DNA of 40,000 nucleotides from assembly GCA_913050055.1 (NCBI GenBank), contig CAJXAT010000002.1, positions 23,633 to 63,632 on the forward strand, read 5' to 3'. The stretch is from an uncultured Flammeovirgaceae bacterium (lineage in GTDB: Bacteria; Bacteroidota; Bacteroidia; Cytophagales; Cyclobacteriaceae). Shown one piece after another: positions 9,848-19,089 of the stretch; position 1 is the stretch's first letter, and each line of letters starts with the position of its first letter. The translations under genes were made by a program, and so were the position numbers. A model generated the notes under the pieces. It saw only the letters and a program-made list of their open reading frames with translations, did not search any database and was not told the origin of the DNA.

Positions 9848-9868
9848 GCTTTAAATCTTTGCTTATTT

Positions 9869-10111
9869 TTATTTTTGATATCTCTTCTTGAATTTCTCAA
9901 CACGTCCCGCCGTGTCGACAAATAATTTTTTCCCTGTATAAAAGGGATGTGAGGCTGAGCTTACTTCAATTTTCACCAACGGATATTCATTCCCGTCCTC
10001 CCATTTAATGGTATCCGACGACTTCATTGTTGACTTGGTCAAAAATTTGAAGTTACTTGACGTGTCTAAGAACACAACTTCTTTATATTCGGGATGTAAA
10101 TCTTTTTTCAT
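9869..10111 (-). CDS. rpmE: 50S ribosomal protein L31, type B (no zinc-ribbon cysteines)
   Basis: 80 aa: MKKDLHPEY ... HPFYTGK ... [10 protein letters not shown]. It has no CxxC motifs. Confidence 0.93.
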   Translation of the reverse strand: MKKDLHPEYKEVVFLDTSSNFKFLTKSTMKSSDTIKWEDGNEYPLVKIEVSSASHPFYTGKKLFVDTAGRVEKFKKRYQK

Positions 10112-10395
10112 GAGTAGAATTATATAATTTCAAAAAGGATTGCAAACATAGATATAAATTTGTGTAATAAAAAAGTCCAATTTTTAATAAATTTTAAGTT
10201 TTTAAGAATATTCACATCAAATGAACCGTCTCTCTCCCCATTAGACTACTTTTGTGTATCGTAGGGGTATGCGCTCTTGCTTGAACGAATGAATACATTA
10301 ATTGATAACAGGGTGTTTTTAACGGAGTATTATACTTTAAATAATACAAACAGCCCCTTTTCACTCCGTCCGGTTGTAACCAATAAACTCCCCGC

Positions 10396-12246
10396 ATGAA
10401 TACATATTTTAGACTGCTTCAATACGCAAAACCTTACAAGTGGTTGATCCCTCAATACTTTATTTATACGTTGTTATTTGTTCTCTTCAGTGTAGTTAAC
10501 CTAGCTGTTTTAGCTCCCTTACTCAATTTACTGTTTAAGCCCGCTTCGACAGCTGCAACCGAATCAACTTCAGTTGAGCCTGATCCTTGGTCACTAGAGC
10601 AATTTTATACATATTTAAATGAATTTATTGCTACGCAAACCAAAGAAGATGCCCTTTACGCCATCTGCCTGATTCTCATCATTTCCGTAGTCTTTGCCAA
10701 CCTCTTTAATTATCTGACCCTTATGCTTCAGGCAAAAGCGCGAATAAATGCGGTAACAAACCTCAGAAATTCAGTTTTTAATCGAATTACCGAATTGGAT
10801 ATGGGTTATTTTACGGACGCTCGCAAAGGAGATCTCATGACCAAAGTAAGCACCGATGTTCAAAACATAGAAGCTACCATTGTCAATTCGCTCACGGTCC
10901 TTTTCAAAGAACCTTTTTTAATTTTGGGCTATTTCTTTGTCTTATTTTTTATCTCTACAGAGCTCACTTTGTACACGCTGCTTTTAGTTCCTGTCTCTGG
11001 ATCAGCCATTTCTTACATTGCTAAAAGGCTGAAAAGAAGAGCCCAATTTACTCAAGAATCTATCAGCAGGTTAACCAATATACTAGAAGAAACGTTATCA
11101 GGCATAAGAGTCATCAAAGCATTTAATGCACAATGGTACACGCAAAAAAAATTCACAAGCGAGGCTGGCGTTTATGCTCACCAAAGCATGAGAATGGCCA
11201 TAAAATCAAATCTTTCAGCACCTCTGTCTCAGGTACTCGGCACCTCAATGCTCTGTTTAATCTTATTAATTGGAGGCCATATGGTATTGAGTGATTCGTA
11301 TCAATTAGATCCTTCCAAATTTATTCTCTTTTTAATCACTTTTGGTCAACTCATCGTCCCTGCCAAGAACATTGCCAATGCTTTTACTAATATTCAGAAA
11401 GGGTTGATTTCAAGTGAGCGCGTATTTCAACTAATTGATACACCCATAAAGGTAACCGACCATGCAAATTCACAAGATTTAATAAACTTCAAAACACATA
11501 TCTCCTTCGAGGGGGTCGATTTTGCTTATGAAGATCGAAAAGTGCTCAATGACATCAGTTTCCATATCGCCAAAGGAAGCACTGTGGCCATGGTAGGCCA
11601 ATCTGGAGGAGGGAAATCAACCATTGCTGATCTCTTGGCCCGATTTTATGATCCCACAGAAGGCTCAATCAAAGTAGATGGACAAGACATCAAAGACATT
11701 ACCATCTCCTCTCTAAGAAAAAAAATGGGTATTGTCACCCAAGAGTCCATTTTATTTAATGATACCATCCGTCAAAATATTTCCTTTGGAAAAGCTGAGG
11801 CTAACTTAGAAGAAATCATCGCAGCCGCTAAAATCGCAAATGCACATCAGTTTATCATGCAGCTTGAAAAGGGTTATGATACCGTCATTGGTGAGCGAGG
11901 ATCTAAATTGTCAGGAGGACAAAAACAAAGAATGAGCATCGCACGTGCGCTTCTAAAAAACTCTGAAATCCTCATTTTGGATGAGGCTACTTCAGCCCTG
12001 GATTCTGAGTCTGAAAAACTGGTGCAAGATGCGATACTCAATCTGACAAAAAACAGGACGACCTTAGTGATTGCCCATAGATTAAGTACCATCCAAAATG
12101 CAGACCTAATTTTGGTCCTCAAAGAGGGGAAAATCATTCAATCAGGCACCCATCTGGAATTAATTAAGGAAGCGGGAGTTTATAAAACGCTTCTGGAAAT
12201 TCAGAATCTGCCCCATTCGCAAACAGCATCAAGTTCCTCAAAATAA
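10396..12246 (+). CDS. ABC transporter permease/ATP-binding fusion protein, MsbA-like exporter
   Basis: The N-terminal half is a 6-TM exporter domain. The C-terminal half carries Walker A GQSGGGKST, the signature LSGGQKQR and Walker B ILILDEATSALD. Confidence 0.88.
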   Translation: MNTYFRLLQYAKPYKWLIPQYFIYTLLFVLFSVVNLAVLAPLLNLLFKPASTAATESTSVEPDPWSLEQFYTYLNEFIATQTKEDALYAICLILIISVVFANLFNYLTLMLQAKARINAVTNLRNSVFNRITELDMGYFTDARKGDLMTKVSTDVQNIEATIVNSLTVLFKEPFLILGYFFVLFFISTELTLYTLLLVPVSGSAISYIAKRLKRRAQFTQESISRLTNILEETLSGIRVIKAFNAQWYTQKKFTSEAGVYAHQSMRMAIKSNLSAPLSQVLGTSMLCLILLIGGHMVLSDSYQLDPSKFILFLITFGQLIVPAKNIANAFTNIQKGLISSERVFQLIDTPIKVTDHANSQDLINFKTHISFEGVDFAYEDRKVLNDISFHIAKGSTVAMVGQSGGGKSTIADLLARFYDPTEGSIKVDGQDIKDITISSLRKKMGIVTQESILFNDTIRQNISFGKAEANLEEIIAAAKIANAHQFIMQLEKGYDTVIGERGSKLSGGQKQRMSIARALLKNSEILILDEATSALDSESEKLVQDAILNLTKNRTTLVIAHRLSTIQNADLILVLKEGKIIQSGTHLELIKEAGVYKTLLEIQNLPHSQTASSSSK

Positions 12247-12298
12247 TAACTTCATTTATCCTTTATATATTAACTTTAAATATCTCATTTGAACTAAA

Positions 12299-12664
12299 AT
12301 GATAAAGTTTACAAACGCTTTTTCGATTCTTTACCTCGTGGCAGCCATCTCATCTATCATGATGATCTATTACGAGGCTATCATACTCGAGACCCTTCAA
12401 AATTGGGGCTACTGGTTGAGTCTCAAACAACTCCCAGTGATTGGAGCCAATCTGATTTTACTGTTATCGGTGCTGATGTTACTCGAAGTCATTTTTCAAA
12501 AGTTCGCCATCAACAAGCTTAAAAATAAAATCAGGGAGCAAATGGCTGAGGTCATGTCCATAAAATCAAAATTATATGATCAAATAACCCATGATGATGG
12601 CTCCAATTCTGAATCAAAAGATGACCCTAACCAAACTTCTTTAGAAGAAAATGAAGATTACTAA
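12299..12664 (+). CDS. Hypothetical small membrane protein (2 predicted TM segments, coiled-coil, acidic tail)
   Basis: 121 aa with two hydrophobic stretches, then [18 protein letters not shown], then an acidic C-terminus. Its 3' end overlaps the gmhA start by 14 nt. I recognise no family. Confidence 0.5.
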   Translation: MIKFTNAFSILYLVAAISSIMMIYYEAIILETLQNWGYWLSLKQLPVIGANLILLLSVLMLLEVIFQKFAINKLKNKIREQMAEVMSIKSKLYDQITHDDGSNSESKDDPNQTSLEENEDY

Positions 12665-13241
12665 TCAGATTGAAATAATAACACAAGAGCTGCAAGAAGC
12701 TCATCAAGTATTGTCGAACTTCATGGCAGACCCTAAGTTGATCGAAACCATCGCCGAAATGGCTCATCTTATGACCCAAGCCATAGAAAATGGAGGTAAA
12801 ATAATCACTTGTGGAAATGGAGGTTCGCATTGCGATGCAATGCATTTCGCCGAAGAACTTACCGGTCGATATAGAAATGACCGTAAATCCCTTCCTGCCA
12901 TCACTATTTCGGATGCAGCACACCTCACTTGTGTGGGTAATGATTATGGTTATGAATTCATATTTTCAAGATTTATCGAGGGGATGGGCAATAATGGAGA
13001 TGTGCTCTTAGCCATCAGCACGAGTGGCAATTCTATGAACATTGTTAATGCAGTAAAGGCCGCAAAAGAAAAGAATATGAAAACCATAGTACTCGCCGGA
13101 AAAAATGGGGGTAAATTGGCAGAGATGGCAGATAAGATATTGATTGTACCGCATTTTGGATTTGCCGATAGGATTCAAGAAATACATATCAAGATTATCC
13201 ACATTATGATCTTATTGATTGAGCAAAAAATAACTCATTAA
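12651..13241 (+). CDS. gmhA: D-sedoheptulose 7-phosphate isomerase (SIS domain)
   Basis: [16 protein letters not shown] and AISTSGNS blocks, 196 aa, typical GmhA length. Confidence 0.85.
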   Translation: MKITNQIEIITQELQEAHQVLSNFMADPKLIETIAEMAHLMTQAIENGGKIITCGNGGSHCDAMHFAEELTGRYRNDRKSLPAITISDAAHLTCVGNDYGYEFIFSRFIEGMGNNGDVLLAISTSGNSMNIVNAVKAAKEKNMKTIVLAGKNGGKLAEMADKILIVPHFGFADRIQEIHIKIIHIMILLIEQKITH

Positions 13242-13566
13242 TGATCTAATTTTGAGAAGCATCCTTCAAAGGATAGTTTCCTAGCGAGTTTACGCAGATC
13301 TCATTATAAAACATTCAGATCCAGAATGGTTTCATAAAATAATAAAATACGATCAATTAAAAGAGCTTGATTCTTGCAAATTAGATCAGTTTAGTAAGTC
13401 TAGCAATATGCGGCCAACTAATAGGCATAGGACTTAATTCATTACACAAAAACTCAGATTCAAGACATTAAATACTGACTGGGGAAGTAAAGTTGATTCT
13501 AGATTTGTAAGTGCGACAAGTGTCCTGTATTTTGACCTACTCTATCAATGATTATTTTAATAAATT

Positions 13567-15109
13567 ATATTAGCTAAAACCTATGGCAGTGCAGTGTACG
13601 GTGTTGATGCCTTCATTATAACAATTGAGGTAGATGTTGGCCAAGGAACCCAATTTTTTATGGTAGGACTGCCTGATTCAGCAGTTAAAGAAAGTCAACA
13701 GCGGGTGGAGGCAGCAATTAAGTTTTATAACTACCACATGCCCCGTCAGAAGATTATGGTAAATTTGGCTCCAACCGATATCAAAAAAGAAGGCTCCTTT
13801 TATGACCTCCCCATTGCATTAGCCATCTTAAGCGCCTCTAACCAAGTTCATATACCCATGCTTGATCAATATTTAGTGATGGGAGAATTATCCCTGGACG
13901 GCCAATTGCGCCCACTCAGAGGTATCTTGCCCATTGCGATCGAAGCTCGAAAACAAGGATTTAAAGGATTTATATTACCCAAAGAAAATGCGAGGGAAGC
14001 GGCCATTGTAGATCAGTTAGAAATCGTTGGTGTCACAAATATCAAAGAAGCAGTGGAACATTTAAATGGGAAAATATCATTGCTCCCATGCAGTATGATA
14101 CCCGAGAAAACTTCGAGTAATCAAAATGAATACGAGGTAGATTTTTCAGACGTACAAGGGCAAGAAAACATCAAAAGAGCTTTTGAAATTGCCGCCGCAG
14201 GGGGGAATAATGTCATCATGATTGGGCCTCCGGGGGCAGGTAAAACCATGTTGGCCAAAAGACTTCCTTCCATTTTACCCCCTTTAAACCTTTATGAAGC
14301 CCTAGAAACGACCAAAATACATTCTGTTGCAGGAAAACTCGGAGTCGATGCTCATCTCATTTCGGCACGCCCATTTCAGGCATCAGGCACCCCACCATAC
14401 GGTAAGTGATGTCGCGCTGGTAGGCGGAGGAAGTATTCCGCAACGTGGTGAAATTTCTTTGGCCAATAATGGTATTCTTTTTTTAGACTAGCTTCCTGAA
14501 TTTAAACGTTCGGCCCTTGAGGTCCTCAGGCAGCCCCTCGAAGAGCGCCACATCACAATCTCTAGAGCACGAATGTCTATTGATTATCCTGCGAATTTTA
14601 TGTTGATTGCGAGCATGAACCCTTGTCCCTGCGGCTTTTATAACCATCCAGAAAAAGAATGTATATGTCCCCCAGGTGCCGTGCAGCGTTATCTCAATAA
14701 AATCAGTGGCACGTTGCTGGATCGTATAGATCTTCATGTGGAGGTGACCCCTATTTCCTTTGATCAGATGACTTCAAATAGAAAGTCTGAAAATAGTACG
14801 GCGATTCGTGATCGTGTCATCTCGGCTCAAAATCGTCAGAAATTAAGATTTGAAAGGCATACTGCCATTCATAATAACGCGATGATGCCTTCGCAAATGG
14901 TCAAAAATATCTACTCCATTAATGCCGCAGGTATGCTATTACTAAAAACAGCTATGGATAGATTAGGGCTTTCGACCAGGGCCTATGATAGAATTTTGAA
15001 AGTCGCTCGCACCATTGCCGATCTAGCAGGAAAAGATGATATTCTCATCGAACATCTAGCCGAAGCCATTCAATATAGAAGTTTGGATCGCGAAAATTGG
15101 GCGGGTTAG
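13567..15109 (+). pseudogene. comM: ComM/YifB-family Mg-chelatase-like AAA+ protein, disrupted by loss of the start codon, a +7 frameshift and a nonsense codon
   Basis: The tracked ORFs 13594-14409 and 14573-15109 are the N- and C-terminal parts of one ComM. The bridging frame (from 14390) reads [66 protein letters not shown]. Lesions: tandem TCAGGCA at 14376-14389, TAG at 14489-14491, and ATA at 13567 where homologues have Met1. Confidence 0.85.
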
Positions 15110-15276
15110 TGGGGCTTAACGTCTGGTTTTTTACATACAAAAAATTTAGGGTGGATGGCCAAGAAATAATTGGACTTTCGTTCAAGTAACAATTATTGTC
15201 CTAAATTTAATCTCATAATATTTGCAGATAATTTCAACCCTAATAAAATATTGATCCCAGAACAAATCAAAATAGC

Positions 15277-16626
15277 ATGCTCAAAAAAACGCTCCTCCTC
15301 ACTTCTGGTCTCCTCATTCTCTTTTTTTCCAGCATCCTTACTCGTATAGATCGTACCCCATACAAGGCGCTTGATTTTTATAAAAAAAGTATCTATGAAA
15401 TCAATCAGTTACTGACAAAAAATCACATTCCCTCCATCGGGGATACCTTGTTGATAGGGTTCGCCCGGGCCAACTTAACACCTCCCGACTTGGCTCCTTT
15501 AGCGGGTTATGGGAATCGACGACCCAAAGAAATGACGAGCGTTCATGACTCCATCTACGTTAACACTACCGTCATAAACAATGGTAAAAATAAAATCGCC
15601 ATCGTCTCAGCAGACCTGTTAATTATTCCGCCAGAAGTAACTGCCCTTTTAAAAGAAAACCTTTTTAACTCGGGTTGGTCCGTACCGGAAATTTTTCTTT
15701 CCGCCACCCACACGCATTCCAGTTTAGGGGGTTGGGCCCCTGGTTTGGTAGGCAATATGATCGCAGGAACCTACGATGTCAAATATCCTGAATTTATCGC
15801 CAATCAAATCATAGCCAGTATTCAGATGGCTGAGAAAAAGTTAAATGCTGGTGCCTGGAGTTTTAATGAATTATCCATTCCTTCATTGATTAATAATCGA
15901 CTCGTCGGTACCCAAGGCATTACCGATCCCTCCTTAAAACTCATGGCCTTAAAATCAGGCATGCAAGAAGGAGTACATGTATTTTACGGTGCCCATGCCA
16001 CTTGCCTATCTGGTGAAAATAAAGAAATGTCTAGAGATTATCCCGGCGTTTTCTCTGATTGGGTGGTGAACCATACTCCCCTCGATTTTGCTGTTTACAG
16101 CGCCGGCGCCGTAGCAAGCATGGGTCCTGAAACCGGTCTAAGACAAGGATTTGACCGCGCTCAATTTATGGGTGAAGAAATGGCCAAGCAAGTTGCTTTA
16201 ATTCAGCAATTTGGATTCCCTTATGAAAACCAATTAAATCTTAACTTTATTAGAATCCCCCTTTTTTTAAGACAGCCTATGGTCAAAATTTCTGAAAACT
16301 GGGCGCTTCGTCCATGGGTCTTTAAATGGGCATTTGGTCACTCCCCATTGGAAATCTCCATGATTCAGCTCAATGATTTGGTCATGATTGGATTGCCTTG
16401 TGATTTCTCTGGGGAATTGGCAGTGGAGTTGTATGCCTATGCCAAGTCCAAAAATCTAAATCTAATTATCTCATCATTTAACGGTGGATATGCAGGATAT
16501 GTCCCTGATGACAAATGGTACGATTTGGAAAAATACGAGCCCCGCTCCATGAGTTGGTATGGGCATGATAATGGTGCCTATTTTGTTGAGATCATCAAAC
16601 TTTTAATCGATTACAATCAATCATGA
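15277..16626 (+). CDS. Neutral/alkaline ceramidase N-terminal-domain-like hydrolase, membrane-anchored or secreted
   Basis: N-terminal TM or signal segment. Blocks ANLTPP..APLAGYG, VHDSIYV..., IAIVSADLLIIP and SATHTHSSLGGW parallel the neutral ceramidase catalytic-domain pattern, including the HTHS metal motif. Confidence 0.6.
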   Translation: MLKKTLLLTSGLLILFFSSILTRIDRTPYKALDFYKKSIYEINQLLTKNHIPSIGDTLLIGFARANLTPPDLAPLAGYGNRRPKEMTSVHDSIYVNTTVINNGKNKIAIVSADLLIIPPEVTALLKENLFNSGWSVPEIFLSATHTHSSLGGWAPGLVGNMIAGTYDVKYPEFIANQIIASIQMAEKKLNAGAWSFNELSIPSLINNRLVGTQGITDPSLKLMALKSGMQEGVHVFYGAHATCLSGENKEMSRDYPGVFSDWVVNHTPLDFAVYSAGAVASMGPETGLRQGFDRAQFMGEEMAKQVALIQQFGFPYENQLNLNFIRIPLFLRQPMVKISENWALRPWVFKWAFGHSPLEISMIQLNDLVMIGLPCDFSGELAVELYAYAKSKNLNLIISSFNGGYAGYVPDDKWYDLEKYEPRSMSWYGHDNGAYFVEIIKLLIDYNQS

Positions 16627-17702
16627 ATATCACTCGACCTACTTTAATCATCGATGAAGTCAAAGCAAGAAAAAACATTGCCTTTATGGCTGGCAAGGCC
16701 AAAAAATCTAATCTGCTATTTAGGCCTCATTTTAAAACTCATCAATCTGCGACCGTAGCGCGGTGGTTCCTTGAAATGGGAGTAAACCACATTGCTGTTT
16801 CTTCTCTCGCCATGGCCCATTATTTTTATCAGCATGGTTGGGATGACATCCATATTGCCTTCCCTTACAACTTGTTGGAACATCAAGAACTCAATGAATT
16901 AGCCAAGCACATTAAGCTGACCGTATCAATCGAATCTCAGCAAGCCTTAACACATCTTAAATCCCATATGAAAACCCCCATCCGCTACATGATTAAAACG
17001 GATGTCGGTTATGGAAGAACGGGAATTGATGCGAGTAATTGGGAATCTATTTTATCATTGGCTGATCAAGGAAATTCAATATGTCAATTTTCTGGATTGA
17101 TGGCACATGCAGGGCATACTTATGATGCTAATGGTATAGATGAGATAGAAAAAGTGCATAAAAAAAGTCTCCAAAAACTGGAAATCTTAGTCAACCGGTT
17201 TATAGACCCTCCCTTTGTAAGCTATGGGGATACCCCTTCTTGTTCTGTCTCTAAAAATTTCAACTTGATCTCCGAATTTCGCTGCGGAAACTTCGTTTAT
17301 TATGATCTGACACAAGTGGCGATAGGCTCTTGTTCGGTTGATCAAATCGCAGTGGCTATGGCTTGCCCAATTGTGGCAGAACATTATGATCGTAATGAAG
17401 TGGTCATCTATGGTGGCGCCGTCCATTTTTCTAAAGATTTCGTCATAAGTCCTCGTAAGCATTTTGGCCAAATTGTAACTTTTAATAAAAATGGCTGGGT
17501 AGTTTTAGAGGGTGTCTACCTCAAAAAAATATCTCAAGAGCACGGCATCATTCATTTACCCAAAAATGTTGACAAAAAAAATCAATTCTCACTCGGCCAT
17601 ATTATCGGTATCTTACCAGTCCATTCATGCCTTACAGCAGATCTCATGATGGGGCAAGAAACACTCAGTGGTCACCCAATAGATAAAATGATGCGAATAT
17701 GA
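16623..17702 (+). CDS. PLP-dependent enzyme of the D-serine dehydratase / D-threonine aldolase (alanine-racemase-N fold, D-TA) family
   Basis: RPHFKTHQS block containing the PLP lysine, 359 aa, C-terminal HSC motif region. The start overlaps the upstream stop (ATGA at 16623-16626). Confidence 0.72.
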   Translation: MNITRPTLIIDEVKARKNIAFMAGKAKKSNLLFRPHFKTHQSATVARWFLEMGVNHIAVSSLAMAHYFYQHGWDDIHIAFPYNLLEHQELNELAKHIKLTVSIESQQALTHLKSHMKTPIRYMIKTDVGYGRTGIDASNWESILSLADQGNSICQFSGLMAHAGHTYDANGIDEIEKVHKKSLQKLEILVNRFIDPPFVSYGDTPSCSVSKNFNLISEFRCGNFVYYDLTQVAIGSCSVDQIAVAMACPIVAEHYDRNEVVIYGGAVHFSKDFVISPRKHFGQIVTFNKNGWVVLEGVYLKKISQEHGIIHLPKNVDKKNQFSLGHIIGILPVHSCLTADLMMGQETLSGHPIDKMMRI

Positions 17703-18805
17703 AAAAAATTAGTATTACGGCACTTTCTATGCTCTTCTTTTATGGTGCAATAGGTGAACCAAAAGACTCCCTGGATATTATGATTGGTCAAATGATTCAG
17801 ATAGGAATTACTGATTTTGGTGATGCTTCGGTGCGTAACGAATTACGTAATCTCATCAAAACCGGTAAAGTCGGTGGGGTCATCCTTTTTGAAAAAAATC
17901 TGCAAAAAGAAGATACAAAAGTGGCATTAAAAAAAATGATTGAGGAGCTCCAAAAAGAGGCCAACATCCCTTTGTTTGTTGCCATAGATGAAGAAGGAGG
18001 CTATGTGAATCGCTTGAAACCTAAATATGGCTTCCCAAAAACTGTTTCAGCTGCCTATTTGGGGGCCATGGATGACCTAGATTCAACAAAATTCTATAGT
18101 ACCCAAACCGCTCAAACTCTTAGTTCTCTTGGTTTTAATATAAACTATGCACCATCAGTAGATGTGGCCATTAACCCTAATAACCCGGTGATTGTAAAAA
18201 ATAAGCGTAGCTATTCAAAAGATCCCAAAACGGTCGCCCGACATGCGAATGCTTATATTGAAGGGCATAAACCTTTTAATGTGGCTACTGTACTGAAGCA
18301 TTTTCCAGGTCATGGTTCCTCTCAAGTAGATACGCATTTAGGCGTCGCCGACGTCTCTAATAGCTGGCAAAAAAAGGAGTTAGAACCTTATATTACATTG
18401 ATCAAAACAGGATCTGTTCAAGCCATAATGACCGCACACATTATCAACCAAAACCTAGACGAAGACCTATTTCCAGCTACACTCTCGAAGCGAATAATTA
18501 CAGACCTTCTTCGGAGAGAATTAGGATACGAAGGAGTCATTTTTAGTGATGATATGCACATGGCGGCCATTATTAAAAACTATGGCTTCAAGGAAGCCGT
18601 AGTTTTAGCCCTCAATGCAGGTATCGATTGCCTGATTTTTTCAAATAATATTTTTACTGATGATATCATTTCTGCCAAGGCCCTTCATCATCACATCAAA
18701 ACTCAAGTTTTGATGGGTACAATAGATGCAAAAAGCATCACTCAATCCTACCGCAGACTAATCAAACTAAAATCTGCACTCGGCCTGAACTCCTTAAAGT
18801 ATTGA
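17699..18805 (+). CDS. Glycoside hydrolase family 3 N-terminal-domain protein (NagZ-like beta-N-acetylhexosaminidase), with signal peptide
   Basis: Blocks AIDEEGG, KHFPGHG and VIFSDDMHMAA. The start overlaps the upstream stop (ATGA at 17699-17702). Confidence 0.8.
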   Translation: MKKISITALSMLFFYGAIGEPKDSLDIMIGQMIQIGITDFGDASVRNELRNLIKTGKVGGVILFEKNLQKEDTKVALKKMIEELQKEANIPLFVAIDEEGGYVNRLKPKYGFPKTVSAAYLGAMDDLDSTKFYSTQTAQTLSSLGFNINYAPSVDVAINPNNPVIVKNKRSYSKDPKTVARHANAYIEGHKPFNVATVLKHFPGHGSSQVDTHLGVADVSNSWQKKELEPYITLIKTGSVQAIMTAHIINQNLDEDLFPATLSKRIITDLLRRELGYEGVIFSDDMHMAAIIKNYGFKEAVVLALNAGIDCLIFSNNIFTDDIISAKALHHHIKTQVLMGTIDAKSITQSYRRLIKLKSALGLNSLKY

Positions 18806-18971
18806 CCCTCAATATTGATAGAAAAATCAAGCACCTTTATTCTAAATAATTTGGATTAAGCTGTTATTTCAAAGGATTCTATAAGAAATTTGCTAATTAA
18901 TAGTATTACTATTATTATTACAGATATAAATGACTAAGCTAGATTATTTACTACTAATAACATCGGCCAAA

Positions 18972-18997
18972 GTGAATATGCTTTGTGAATATGCTTT
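18972..18997. repeat. Perfect 13-bp tandem duplication (GTGAATATGCTTT x2)
   Basis: Read directly: 18972-18984 equals 18985-18997. It lies about 93 nt upstream of the bestrophin-family gene start. Confidence 0.95.
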
Positions 18998-19089
18998 AAG
19001 GGGACGCCTAAAAGGTAATATTAGAGGCCTAAAAATTTTCAGTTATTGGCTATTTGAAAAAAGTCATACGAATAGCGTACTTCAAAACT

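Noticed and set aside
10212-10397. A 61-aa minus-strand ORF in the rpmE / ABC-exporter spacer.
   Set aside because: It has no recognisable family and an odd Cys/Tyr/His-rich composition. It spans the hairpin-prone block, which is better explained as non-coding.
13261-13274. A small hairpin ATCCT-TCAA-AGGAT after gmhA, considered as a terminator.
   Set aside because: The stem is only 5 bp and no U-tract follows.
14376-14491. Programmed frameshift or stop-codon readthrough as the explanation for the split comM.
   Set aside because: A +7 tandem duplication is not a slippery-site architecture. The TAG replaces the essential Walker-B Glu, and the canonical start is also lost. Decay, or sequencing errors that remain to be checked, is the more economical explanation.
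18806-19089. A fluoride (crcB-motif) riboswitch ahead of the anion-channel-like bestrophin gene.
   Set aside because: I could not find the conserved GGxGAUG ... CUGAUGA pseudoknot elements in this spacer.
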